From contig CM075992.1 of NCBI GenBank assembly GCA_038087875.1, forward strand, positions 10,976,001 to 11,040,000: a stretch of 64,000 bases of DNA, read 5' to 3'. Shown here in pieces: positions 35,520 through 48,107 of this stretch. Numbering within the stretch: the first letter of the stretch is position 1; every line of letters begins with the position of its first letter. Origin of the DNA: Malacoraja senta (taxonomy: Eukaryota). Under the pieces are notes generated by a model, which saw only the letters and a list, made by a program, of their open reading frames with translations, did not search any database and was not told the DNA's origin. The position numbers and the translations under genes were made by a program.

Positions 35520-38500
35520 TTTCTGGGAGAATGCTGGTGCTTCTGTCCAGGTGCAGCTCCTGAATAAAATGTTGGGGAACTGGAGCACCAGTTGGATGAC
35601 CTCAGGGCCATCTGGGAAAACAAGAGTTTCCTGAACAAGACCTACAGTGAGGTTGTCACACCAAGGATACAGGAAGAGCAAAGGTGGGTGACTGTGAGAA
35701 AGAGGAGTAAACGTGGAGTGCTGGAGACCCCGGTGGCTGTACCTACTGAAAACAGGTCCACCCTCTTGGGAACAGATGACACAACAAGATTGAGTGGTAG
35801 CCAGGGCTGTGATTCCAACCCTCGTGCCAAGGCTCAACGGAGGAGTGACATCAGGCTGAGCCATAGTGGTGGGAGACTCCATCGTCAGAGGTGCAGATAG
35901 AAGATTCTGCGGCAGCATGTGAGTCTCCAGGATGGTGTGTTGCCTCCTTGGTGCCAGGACATCTTGGCGCGGCTGCATGGCATCCTCAAGAGTGCGGGGG
36001 AGCAGCCGGAGGTTGTTGGGCATGTTGGCACAAATGTTATAGGTTGGAAGAGGAAGGAGGTTCTGCAACAAGAATTTACAGAATTGGGTGGAAGACTGAA
36101 AAGCAGGATCTGCAGGGTAATAATCTCAGGCTTGCCTCCAGTTCCTCGTGCTAGTGAAGGTAAGAATAGGAAGAGAGGGGAAATGAATGTGTGGCTGAGG
36201 AGTTGATGCAGGGGGCAGGTATTCATATTTGTGGATCATTGAGATCTCTTCCTAGCGGGAAGGTTTGCATATGCTACAAGGGAGGGTTTAAACTAGATTG
36301 GCAGGGGGGTGGTATCTCGTGCCGGACAGAAGCACATGAGAGGCTAGAAGTTGGTGTGGAGGGTGGTGTGGGAAAGGTTACTTGACAGGATAGGCACGTG
36401 AAAAGTGGAGAACAAGGATTTAACCTGCATGTATTTTAATACAAGGGGCCTGACAGGTAAGACAAATGAGCTTAGGCCATGGATAGGTACGAGCGACCGG
36501 AAAATTGTAGCCATGACTGAAACCTGGTTAATGGAGGAGCAGGACTGGCAGCTGAATGTTCTGGGGTACAGGAGCTTCAGGAGAGACAGTGGTGAGGGAA
36601 AGAGGAGGGGGGGTCGCATTGTTGGTTGAGGAGGATGTCACGGCTGTGTTCAGAGGTGACATTACGGACGGTTCGTCTAATCAGGCTATACGGGTGGTGC
36701 TGAGGAATAAGAAAGGGATGATCACCTTGTTGGGGTGTGTAGCACAGACCCCCGAATAGTCAATGGGAATTAGAAGAGCAAATGTGCCGGGAGATTGCGG
36801 CCAGATGCAGGTCAAATAAGGTTGTTGTAGGAGGGGATTTTAACTTTGCCAATATAAACTGGGCAAATCATAGCGTGAAGGGTTCAGATGGGGTGTAGTT
36901 CATAGCATGAAGGGTGCAAATGGGGTACAATTCCTCAAAAGTGTTCAGGAGAGTTTTCTTAAGCTGTATGTGGAGGCCACCACATGTGAGAGGGCAATGC
37001 TGGATCTAGTATTGGGAAATTGGGAAGGGCAAGTTAATGAAGTGTGTGTTTAAGGAGCCTTTTGGGACCAGTGACCACAGTTCGATTAGGTTTAAGATAG
37101 TTATGGATAAGGACGGAGAAGGTCCCCGTGTTAAAATGCTCAACTGGGGTAAGGCCAACTTTGAGGGTATGAGAGAAGGTCTCGCTCAAGTTGGCTGGAG
37201 CAGGTTATTGGAGGTGAAAAGAACATCGGCCAAGTGGGATGTCTTTAAAAGTGTACTGTAGAAAGCTCAGGATGTGTACGTGCCCGTTAGAGAGAAGGGC
37301 AAATCAGGCAAACGTAAGGAAGCTTGGCTGACAAGGGAAATTGAGACGTTAGTCAAAAACAAGAAGGATGCATGGGACAGGTACAGGCAGGGCCAGATTT
37401 AGATGAAGAGAGGCCCTAGGCTATTCCACTTGTGAGGCCCCTCCCAATTCCCCACCCCCATGACGAGAGGAAGATGGAAGAGTCCACCAGATTGACACTG
37501 ATGTGCAGCCGAGCATGGCCAATGAGATAAGGGCTGGAAAGCTGCGCTTTTTATTTATTGCCAGTGCTAGTGTCGAGCTAGTATCGGCTTAAAACATTAT
37601 TATTCTGAAATGGAGGGCAAGGAAAATTACTGAAGTGTTGTTTAGAGACTACAGTGCGTTGTGACAGCATATGTAAGAAAGGCCTATGACAGTGTCAAAG
37701 ATATTATACACGAGGCCCGTATGAAGCTTTTCAAAAAGGGGGGCGGAATGGCAGGATTACAAAAAATTTATGTGAAATAAGTGCACGCAGCGCATATCAC
37801 AAGCGCGAAGCTCCAAGACCCTTGCGGCCAGGGTCCAGGGCCCGCTTAACGGTCCTGGAAGCTCTGGGGTTTTAGATGCTCTCTGGTGCATTATGAGCCT
37901 TCTTTTGGAGTATTTTTGCACCAAATTTATGACCAATATTTCAGAAATAATTTTGGTTGAGTCAAGAGTAATGAGTGGTTGGAGTGGGATGATTGGGATC
38001 ATTGTTGTATACATTTTTTTAAATCAACAATTGAAGCTGTCCTGGTTTTAATAATCAAGTTGTACTGTAAAATGTTATAAAGGAGCATGCAAACACTGCA
38101 AATATAATACTGTAAGTTTTTGCAGTAAATAAAACCTTTTTTTAGAAAATGTTTTGTGTGTTGATTTGATTGCCTGTTACTGTTCGACTGTGTTAGTGTG
38201 TGCACATTAAAAATATGATGCAAAATGAAAGTCGCAAACAATGGAATACATATTTTTCAGTATTGTTATCAAGGAAAAGAAAGCAGTTCCAATTGTTTGA
38301 TATTATTCATATGGAGGAGAAAATATAATTACTCTAAAACCTACGTTAATTTTGCAATCTAACTTAAGATAATCCCCCTTTCCCTCTCCCCCCTCCTCCT
38401 TCCCCCTCCACCTCTCTCTCTCTCCCCCTCTCTCTCTCTCCTCCTCCCCTCCCTCTCTCTCCCCCCTCTGTCTCAACCCTCCCTTTCCCCCTCTCACATT

Positions 38501-39224
38501 CCCCCCTCTCTCTCCCTCCCTCCCCCTCTCTCTCCCTCCCACGCAGCAAGGCTCCGGCTCCGCACCGCAGACACCGTAGCCACCCCCCCTCCCCGGGCCG
38601 GAGAAACGGGGACTGCCGCAACGCAATATTCCTCTACTTACCTGGAGTAGACACCTAGGATCTTTGGTAGGCATGAGGCATCGAGGTGATTGTGTGGAGT
38701 GCCAATGGCGATCTGAACCCGCCGGGGCCCATTGCGCACACGCGGAGAGACAGCATCATTTTGCTTCACTCGGATGGTCTCAATTTTTTTCCCCCAAACT
38801 TCCAGCGGGCCGGAATCAGAATTTCGGGTAATTTCCGTCAAAGGGGAAACGCTGATAGCGCTCCAATTTTTTATTTCTCGGGATTTTGTTTACTCTGGGA
38901 AAAAAACACCTTGGCCTGAGGCCCCCTAGATTTTGAGGCCCTAGGCTTCAGCCTATGAAGCCTATAGGTAAATCCGGCCCTGCCTAGGCCCTCCTAGATT
39001 TCAAGGCCCTAAGCTCAAGCTTGTGAAGCTTATACGTAAATCCGGCCCTGGGTATAGGCAGCTGGGATCAAGTACATCTCTGGAGGAGTTTCGGCAACAA
39101 AGGAGTAAACTAAAAAAGGAAATCAGAAGGGCAAAAAAGGGACCAGGAGATAGCTCTGACAGGTAGCAATAAGGACAATCCCAAAAGATTTTATAAATAC
39201 ATAAGGGGGAAAAGGTAACTAGAG
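35520..39224 (+). mobile_element. CR1 5' part: ORF1 (SGNH-esterase-like) and ORF2 endonuclease, degraded
   Basis: VVGDSIVRG, HVGTN, IISGLPP (ORF1); YFNTRGL, AMTETWL, GDFNF, GTSDH (APE); interrupted by a hAT element. Confidence 0.85.
37388..39050. mobile_element. Non-autonomous hAT-type transposon with duplicated right end
   Basis: TIR CAGGGCC(A/G)GATTTA; 8-bp TSD GGTA(C/T)AGG at 37380-37387 and 39051-39058. Confidence 0.85.
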
Positions 39225-39613
39225 CACTGGCAGGCAGGTTTGCTGGGTTTAAACTAAATAGCAGGAGGGAGGAGTTGACAAATTGGGAGTATAAGGATGG
39301 ACTTAAAGGGGAAGAGAGTACAGGAAAAGTTACAAAGGTCACCCGAATTCGTGGGACGTAAATTTCAAGATGGGATAAGAGAGTAACGTCAGGATGAAAT
39401 GGGAACCGTTGTGAGAGGGGAGGTGTATACCAAATTAAAAGTGTTGTATATGAATACGCGAAGTATAACAAATAAAGTGGATGAGCTTGAGGCACAGTTA
39501 GAAATTGGTAACTACTGTATGATGTTGTGGGAATTACAGAGACATGGCTGCAAGAGGATCGGAGCTGGGAACTGAATATTCAGGGGTATACGTCCTATCG
39601 AAAAGACAGACAA

Positions 39614-41576
39614 TAAATTGGAATAAAAGTGAAATTATGTCAATAAAACCGAAAGATTCAACACATCTTTTAATATTCCCTTTTAAAATAGCTACAGAAA
39701 AATTTAAATACTTGGGAATCAAAATTACTAGAACATATCAAGGTATGTTTAAGGCAAATTTTGATCCCCTACTTAATAAATTAAACACACTAATTAAATT
39801 CTGGAAAACGCTCCCGATGTCTTTAATAGGCCGAATAAATGCAATAAAAATGATCTTTCTACCACAAATTTTATACTTATTTCAATCGATTCCTATATAC
39901 TTACCAAAGAAGTTTTTTTTAAAACTTGACTCAGATATCACTAATTTTATATGGGACTATAAATCACATAGAATACAAAAAACTCACCTGAATAAACCTA
40001 AAGTATTAGGGGGTTTAGCACTACCTAATTTTATGTATTATTATTGGTCAGTAAATATTACAAATATGATTCAACTGATGGATAACTCCGCCCAGCAAGT
40101 GGACTGGATTGTAATGGAGAAAGAGGATTGCTCCTCTGGAAACATTGGAGCGATCCTCCTCTCTCCAATGAAACTGAATAATATAAATTATAATAAGAAC
40201 CCAATTATTCATAGCACAATCCGAATTTGGAAACAAATAAAACAAAATTTAAAATTAAGAAATTTATCACTTTTATCACCCATAGTTAATAACCCTTTGT
40301 TTAATCCCTCTATTATAGATAAAGCTTTTACACATTGGGATAGACTAGGAATTAAAACGTTCGGTGACTTGTATGAAACTGGAAAATTACTTTCATTTCA
40401 ACAATTACAAATAAAATATAAACTCGGAAATAATCAATATTTTAAATATTTTCAAATATGCGACTATTTGAAAAAATATACAAAAGATCATTATAATAAC
40501 GCAGCAGATGTATTGGATGAGGTAATGCAGATAAAAGCTGAATCAGTAAACTTAATATCATATTTGTATAATATTATCTTAAATGTAGAAATACCATCTA
40601 CGGAGCGTATCAGAAGAGACTGGGAACATGAGTTAGCTATTAAAATTTCAAAGGAAAGTTGGAATGAACACTTATTAAACGTGCATAAATGTTCGATTAA
40701 TGTAAGACACACTTTAATACAATTTAAAATTTTACATAGATTATATTATTCCAAAACTAAAATTCATAAAATTTTCCCAAATGTATCATCCATTTGTGAT
40801 AAATGTCAATCCCAAGAAGCTACTATAGTGCACTCATTTGTTTTCTGTACAAAAATTCAAAAATTTTGGAATGACATTTTCGAAATCTTTACAAAATTAT
40901 TTAAAATAAAACTGATACCCAAAGCAGAATGGATTATCTTCGGAATAACAGAAGATGGTCCAGAACTAAATGTGTTTCAAAAGAAACTAATAGACTATGG
41001 GTTAATAACTGGAAAAAAGCTAATCCTAAAATTTTGGAAGAAGGCTCCAATACCAACTATAAACATGTGGATTTCAAATATGTTCGAAACATTATACCTA
41101 GAAGAGATAAGACTCCTCCTGGCAGGTAAACCAGATCACTTCCACCTGACGTGGTCTGCATTTATAGAATTATTACAAATATAGGGTGCAAAGGTACCTT
41201 AAAAAAATTGAGGTCAGGTAAGGGGGGATGATAGTTGAAGACTTGGTATGTCCCATTTGCGTAATGCTCATAAAAACTATTTGTTTCTCTCTTTTTCCTC
41301 TTTCTCTTTCTCCTTCTTTTCTAGGGTCTATTTCTTAATTCTTTTTCTTTTGATTTTAATTTTGTTCTTATAGGGTCTTCGTTCTTTCTTGTTGTCACAT
41401 TTTCAACACTCTCACTTTTTCCTTCACTTTCTTCTTTCTTTCAATCTTATCCTTTCCTTTTACTAGTGTAAAATACAAACGGAGTACATTAATTGTAAGA
41501 AGACATAAGTGACGAGTACTAATGTATGTGGTTGTAATGTAATGTACTTCTAATAAATAAAAAATAAAAAATAAAA
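39614..41576 (+). mobile_element. Young 5'-truncated L1 with open ORF2 C-terminus
   Basis: Uninterrupted frame to stop at 41184; A-rich tail; TSD GAAAAGACAGACAA at 39600-39613 and 41577-41590. Confidence 0.93.
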
Positions 41577-41624
41577 GAAAAGACAGACAAGGGGGCAGAG
41601 GGGGTGGGGTAGCTCTGATGGTAA

Positions 41625-42142
41625 AGGGCCTGTCCCACGGGCATGCGACTCCATGCGGCAAGCACGACCTAACCGGAAGCGGGGGCCGCGCGGAGGTCGA
41701 GTGATCCCCGTACAGGGCCGGTCCCACCAGCATGCGGCTGCATGCGGCAAGCGCTACCAAACCGGAAGCGGGGGCCGCGCGGAGGTCGAGTGATGTTTAG
41801 ACGGTGCGTACGGCGTTGAGGCGGTGCGCACGGCCTCGATGCGGCTGCGTCCGGCGTCGAGGCGGTGCGCACGGCCGTCGAGGCGGTGCGCACGGCCGTT
41901 GATTCGGCGCGCACGGCCTCGATGCGGCTGCGGGGCGGCAGGCCGTTGCCGCACGGAATTTTTGAACAGTGTCAGTTTTTCGGAGCACCGCGCGATGTCG
42001 GGACCAGTTCCGCACAACTCCATACGGCTCCGGCGATTGAAGTGGGACCGGTCCCGCGACCTCCGCGTGGCCCCCGCACGGCCCCCGCTTGCGGTTAGGT
42101 CGCGCTTGCCGCATGGGGTCGCATGCCCGTGGGACAGGCCCT
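41625..42142. mobile_element. PIF/Harbinger-type MITE
   Basis: Long TIRs starting AGGGCCTGTCCCAC; TAA TSD; internal GC-rich tandem repeats. Confidence 0.88.
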
Positions 42143-42588
42143 TAAGGAATGAAATTCAGTCCTTTGCGAAGGGTGACATAGAAGCAGATGTAGAGTCATC
42201 GTGGATTGAACTGAAAAATTGTAAGGGTAAAATACCCTAGTTATGAGAGTTATCTACAGGCCCCGAAACAGAAGCCTGGAGATAGGGTGAAAGTTGCATC
42301 AGGAGTTAAAATTAGCATGTAATAATGGTAATGCTGCAGTGGTTCTGTGAGATATTAACATGCAGGTAGACTGGGAAAATCAGGCTGGTACTGGACCCCA
42401 AAATACAGAGCTTGTAAAGTGCCTCCGAGATGGATTCGTAGAGCAGCTTGTACTGGAGCCTAACCGGAAGCGGGGGCCGCGCGGAGGTCGAGTGTAGTGG
42501 AGCCTACCAGGAGAAGGCAATTCTGGATCTAGTGTTGTGTTTTGAACCAGATTTGATAAGGGAACTCAAGGAAAAGATACCATTAGGA

Positions 42589-43022
42589 CAGAGGTCGGCA
42601 ACCTACGGCCCCCGGGCCGATTGCGGCAAGTAACCCGAAATCAACCGGCCCGCAGGCGTTTTTTTTTTCCCGTATTCATCCGGCCCGAAGGCGGGTTTTT
42701 TTCCCCGTATTCATCAGGCCCGCAGACTTCCGTCATCACCGGTACCTCCCGGGCCCGAGGCCGCGGCGCCCTGGCGCGGTGACGCAAGGAGGCCTGCGCT
42801 GGCAGCCGTAATGGCTGAGCGGCTGAGCCCCGAGCTCTAGCTGTACTGCATCCTGCGCAAAGCCGCCGGCTTGGCTGTGCATTCTCTGAACAAGTGACTT
42901 GATGTCTGCTATCCGGAGGGGGATGGGGGCGGGATCCATGTGTACATGTGATAGATGTGGCCCGCCATCAGCTCACAGACATGCGTCCTGGCCCCTATGC
43001 TGAACAAGAATGCCGACCCCTG
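42589..43022. mobile_element. hAT (Charlie-like) MITE
   Basis: CAG(A/G)GGTCGGCA termini; 8-bp TSD (C/T)ATTAGGA. Confidence 0.88.
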
Positions 43023-43061
43023 TATTAGGAGGTAGTGACCATAACATGGCAATTTGAGAGG

Positions 43062-43900
43062 GACCATATCATCGGGTGGCGCCGTGTGCAGCAGCTTCGC
43101 CAGTTGTTTGTCTGTCCTTTCACCCTTTTTGTTATTATTAGTCTGTCATAAAGTAGGTTTCTGGAGGTTTATTAGTATTTTTTAGGTGGAGGGGGGGGAA
43201 GAGGGGAAACCGTTTTTCAGTCACTTTCTGGTCGAGGATGCATCTTTTCTCCGAGTCACATCTTCGCACCGCCCCCCCCCCCCCGCCTCGCGGCCTACCA
43301 TCTGGATTGGCGCGGTCTTGCCTGCCGGAGACCTGGTAGAGCTTCAGCAGCGGGCGCAGTGCTGAATTCCATCGTGGAGCGGGCGATGCCTTACCGGGGA
43401 TCGCCGTGTTGGAGCTCCGGCGTCTTGGGCCTGCTGATTAACACCATGGAGTTGTGGTTTGCGGAGCTTCTAGCTGCGGGCAGCGCTGACTCTCACATCG
43501 CGAAGTTGCCAGTGTTGAATCTCCACCCAGCTAGGCCTGTGGAATTCGGGAGCCGTGGTCTCCAGTAAGAAGTGGCCGATTTGGAAACTCCAAGCTGCTG
43601 AGAGTGTTCTTCCGTTCCGACGTCGGAGTTCCAATCATCCCGGCGAGAGGGTCTGAGCATCGGGCCGCCGTAGCGGCGACTGCGGGGGGCTCAAAGGCCC
43701 AGACCACGGGTGAACAAGGAGGAAGATGACTGAACTTTATTGCCTTCCCTCACAGTGGGAAACGTTGATTCCGCTGTGTGGGGATGTTTATGTTAAACTC
43801 TTTAGTGTATTGTGCTCTTTTTTATTCGTATGGCTGTATGGTAATTCAAATCTCACTGTACCAATTGGTGCATGTGACAATAAATGTAACTTGAACTTGA
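43062..43900 (+). mobile_element. Non-coding retroposon with Rex1/Babar-like 3' end
   Basis: Ends ...catgtgacAATAAAtgt(aacttg)n; imperfect TSD aa(t)ttgaga. Confidence 0.65.
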
Positions 43901-43952
43901 AATTGAGAAGGTAAGATCAGAAGTGTCAGAATTACAGTTGAACAAAGGGGAC

Positions 43953-46900
43953 GACTTCCGGTAGCGACATGGAACACTAAGGGCGCTGCATTGAGCTCCT
44001 CTCCCGTAAAATTAGCTAAAAAGACGTTTTAAAGTCGGGACCGATTTTAAAAAACTTACCGGAGCTGCTTGGCGTAGCATGAGGGTGACGTCGTCAGAAA
44101 GCGACGCTAAAATCGGGTGTTTAACGGTAAAAAACGGGACTTTTAAATGAGAAGAGAGAAAAGCTCACGAGCACCTAAGAAGATCACTATAAGTCCAGCT
44201 TGAGAAAGTTTTGGATACTCTGCAAACGACAGAAGAAGGCTCAGAAGAAGAGTCTTACAGCCAAGGATCTGTGTTTGAAATGGCTGCAAAAGGAGAAAAG
44301 AAGGAGAAGGAGGTAAAGCAAATGCTTTTAGATATAACTGCTACAATCAATACGACACTGGGAAAGATGCAGAGTATGGAGTCTAATATGGAGAATAATA
44401 AGCAGAGTATGGAGACTAATATTGAGATAATTTCTCAAAAAATTGATAGTGCTTGTGGTGAGTTAAAGGAGCTGAACAAGCAATATAAGGAGTTTGATAA
44501 AAAATTTAACTCAGAATGTGCTAGAATCAAAAATGACAATAATAAGAAATTTACTGATGTAAATGATAATATTGGAGATATTGATGAGAGAATGGAAGAG
44601 ATGGAAAAAAACATGAAATCACGTAAGTAAAGAGTTTGAAAAAATCAAAGAAATCTGAAGAAGAAAAACTTGCAAGAATGACTGACAAAAATGTCTGGAC
44701 TTGGAAGCGAGATCGAGAAGGCAGAATTTGAGAATTGTTGGAGTAAGAGAAGGGCGAGAGGGACATGGATCTCAAACACATACTTTCGTTGCTGACTTAC
44801 TCAAAGATGTTTTTAAACTGCCGGAAGAATCAAGAATAGATATCGTTCACCGAGTTGGACGGGTTTCAAGAGACACAAATGCTCCTCCAAGACAGATAAT
44901 TGTGAAATTTCTGGACATCTCTTCAGTGGAATTTAAATTGAATAAGATTAACCATGGGGAGAAGCTGACATATCGTGGGGATAATATTCGATTTTTCCGT
45001 GATTATCCTAGTAATTTTTCCGTGATCATCCATAATATGATAATGTTACTGAAATTTAAACTTAACCGAATTTTATCGGCAAGAGTAATAAGACTATTCC
45101 AAATTACAAAACAGGAACATTTTGAGTTTGGTGACAAACCACATAAGCTTTTAACTCGTCAATTGAAATAACAAGAAAAGGAAAATACTATAACTAAAAT
45201 TAAATCAGAGAAAGGTGAATTATTAATACTACCTAACAATAGATTTGCACAATTTTATCAAAATTTATATGCATCTAAAACTAAAATAGAAGATAGTAAA
45301 ATTTAAAAAAATTTAGATAACTGTAATCTTCCAAAACTTGATCTTTTGGAACAAGAGGAACTTGGAGCTCAAATTACAATTGAAGAAATAGGTGAAACAA
45401 TAAAATCGCAGAAAAATGGTAAAACACCGGGACCAGATGATTTTAGTAATGAATTTTATAAACATTTCATGAGATAACGACTCCTTATTTATTTAATTTA
45501 TATACTCATGCTTTTAAAGAAAATAAACTACCTGAAACATTAGCAGAATCAACTATTACGCTTATTCCAAAAAAAGATAAAGATTTAGACGATCCGGGCT
45601 CATATAGAGCTATATCACTTTTAAATACAGACCAGAAAATTTTAGCAAAGACTTTAGCAAGAAGATTAAGCAAATATATTAGTAAACTGATAAATCCTGA
45701 TTAAACGGGGTTTATACCTAAAAGATATTCATTTAATAATTTGAGACGCCTGTTTAACATAATATACTCACATAAAAGGGAGGAAGAAGATATATCAATT
45801 ATTTCTCTGGACGCAGAGAAAGCATTTGATCAGGTACAGTGGCAATACTTATATAAAGTACTGCAAAAATTTAATATGGGAGAGAATTTTATTACATGGG
45901 TAAAACTATTATATGATAAACCGATGGCAAGAATATTAACTAATAATATGTTATCTCAAAAAATTCAATAGGCAGGGATGTGCGTTATCACCCCTGCTAT
46001 TTGCCCTTATGATAGAGCCTTTGGCTGAAAGTATAAGAATTCATCCGAATATTCATGGCTACAACACTAGGGACTCAAATAATAAAATTTCATTATATGC
46101 AGATAATATACTTTTATATATTACAAAGTCACAAACGAGTATACCAAATTTATTAAATTTAATAGAGAAATTCGGGTCCTTTTCTGGATATAGAATAAAC
46201 TGGAATAAAAGTGAAATTATGACGTTAAAATCTCAAGAATCCACACACTTATTGGTTCCCCTTTAAAATTGCAGAAAAATTTAAATATTTGGTTATTCAA
46301 ATTACGAGAAATATAAAGCATTATTCAACGCTAATTTTATACCTTTACTAAATAAACTCAATATGTTGATTACATTTTGGAAAACACTTTCTTTATCATT
46401 AATAGGTACAATAAATGCTATAAGAATGATCTTTCTACCACAATTATTATACCTATTTCAATCTATACCATTATATATACCAAAATACTTCTTTAAAAAA
46501 TTAGACTCTAATATTACCAATTTTATTTGGGATTATAGATCACATAGAATTTTAAAAAAACATTTATGTAAATCAAAAGATGTCGGGGGACTCTCACTCC
46601 CGAATTTTTTGTATTATTATTGGGCAGTGCATACTTAGAATATAATTTATTGGTTGGACAGTTCTACCCAACAGACAGAATGGATAAGAATGGAGAAAGA
46701 GGATTGTTTCCCTTGTAATATAGGAACGAGCCTCTTCTCTCCAAAAAAACGGAACAACACAATATATAAGAAGAACCCAATTATACACGATACAATAAGA
46801 ATTTGGAAACAAATAAAATTATCCTTAAAATTAAGAAATGTATCATTGTTAACGCCTATAGCGAATAACCCTTTATTTAAACCATCTCTTATTGATAAAA

Positions 46901-48107
46901 CATATAACCAATGGGAAAGTTTAGGAATTAAAATGATCGGGGATATGTATGAAATGGGAAATCTATTGTCATTCCAACAATTACAATTTAAATTTAAATT
47001 GAAAAATAACCAATATTTTAAATATCTTCAGATTTGCGATTTCATGAAGAAATACATACAAGGATATCAAAAAGTAACTTTTGACTTATTGGAAGAAGCA
47101 ATGAATATTAAAGCTGACTCACAAAAATTAATATCATATTTATATATTAGTATTTTAAATATAGATTTACCATCGACAGAGGTACCTAGAGAGGAGTGGG
47201 AATGGGAATTAATGATAAAAATTACGAAGGTTACATGGGAAAAGTATTTGATATATATACACAAATGTTCGATTAATGCAAGACATAATCTAATTCAATT
47301 TAAAATTTCACATAGATTATATTATTCAAAAACAAGACTGAATAAATTCTATCCAAATATATCCCCCATTTGTGATAAATGTCTATCCCAAAATGCAACT
47401 ATAACACGCTCTTTTGTTTCCTGCATAAAACTTTATAGATTTTGGAGTGATATTTTTGATATATTTATAAAACTATTTAAGATAAGAATGGAACCTAATA
47501 CTGAAATGATTATATTTGGAGTAATGGAAGATGGGAATAAATTGAACTTATCACAACATTTATTTTTAAATTATGGTTTAATAATAGCAAAAAAACGAAT
47601 ACTTAAATTTTGGAAAAATACACCAATACCAACGCTTAAAATGTGGATCGCAAGCATGTTGGACACCGCACATCTTGAAGAAATGCGATTCCTCCTAATA
47701 GAAAAATCAGACCAATTCTTAACGAGTTGGTCTCCATTTGTTGTCTTTTTGGAATCATATGGTGCAACATAATTGTAGAAACTAATTGTTTCAGGACTGG
47801 GTGGGGGATGGTCAAGATTATAAATAATGATCTTATTTATTTTTATTTTTATTTTTTATTCTCTTTTTCCTACTCTCTTTTCTTCAACTTTCTTCTTTCA
47901 CTCTCTTTTTTTCTTTTCCACACACTATATATCTCACGTGTTTCTATTCTTTATTATCTAATTTCTTTTTCTATTTTTCTTTATTATAATAAATAAAAAA
48001 AAGAAGATGTACATAAAATGTATTATGCAAATATATATTTGGCACTTTGGTGCCATATGACTGTACTCACTTCTAATAAAATAAAATATTAAAAAATAAA
48101 AAATAAA
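43953..48107 (+). mobile_element. L1 with both ends; ORF1 C-terminus and endonuclease deleted
   Basis: GACTTCCGG 5' end; ORF1 LEARSRRQNLRIVGV; RT LDAEKAFD, YADN; A-rich tail; TSD GAACAAAGGGGAC at 43940-43952 and 48108-48120. Confidence 0.92.

Noticed and set aside
38375..38540. Glu/Gly/Arg-rich minus-strand ORFs
   Set aside because: Low-complexity CT tract inside a transposon
39544..39613. ATG-initiated N-terminus of the 546-aa ORF
   Set aside because: Out-of-frame CR1 sequence upstream of the L1 TSD; not a native start
41395..42240. Multiple overlapping ORFs
   Set aside because: GC-rich palindromic MITE is depleted of stop codons
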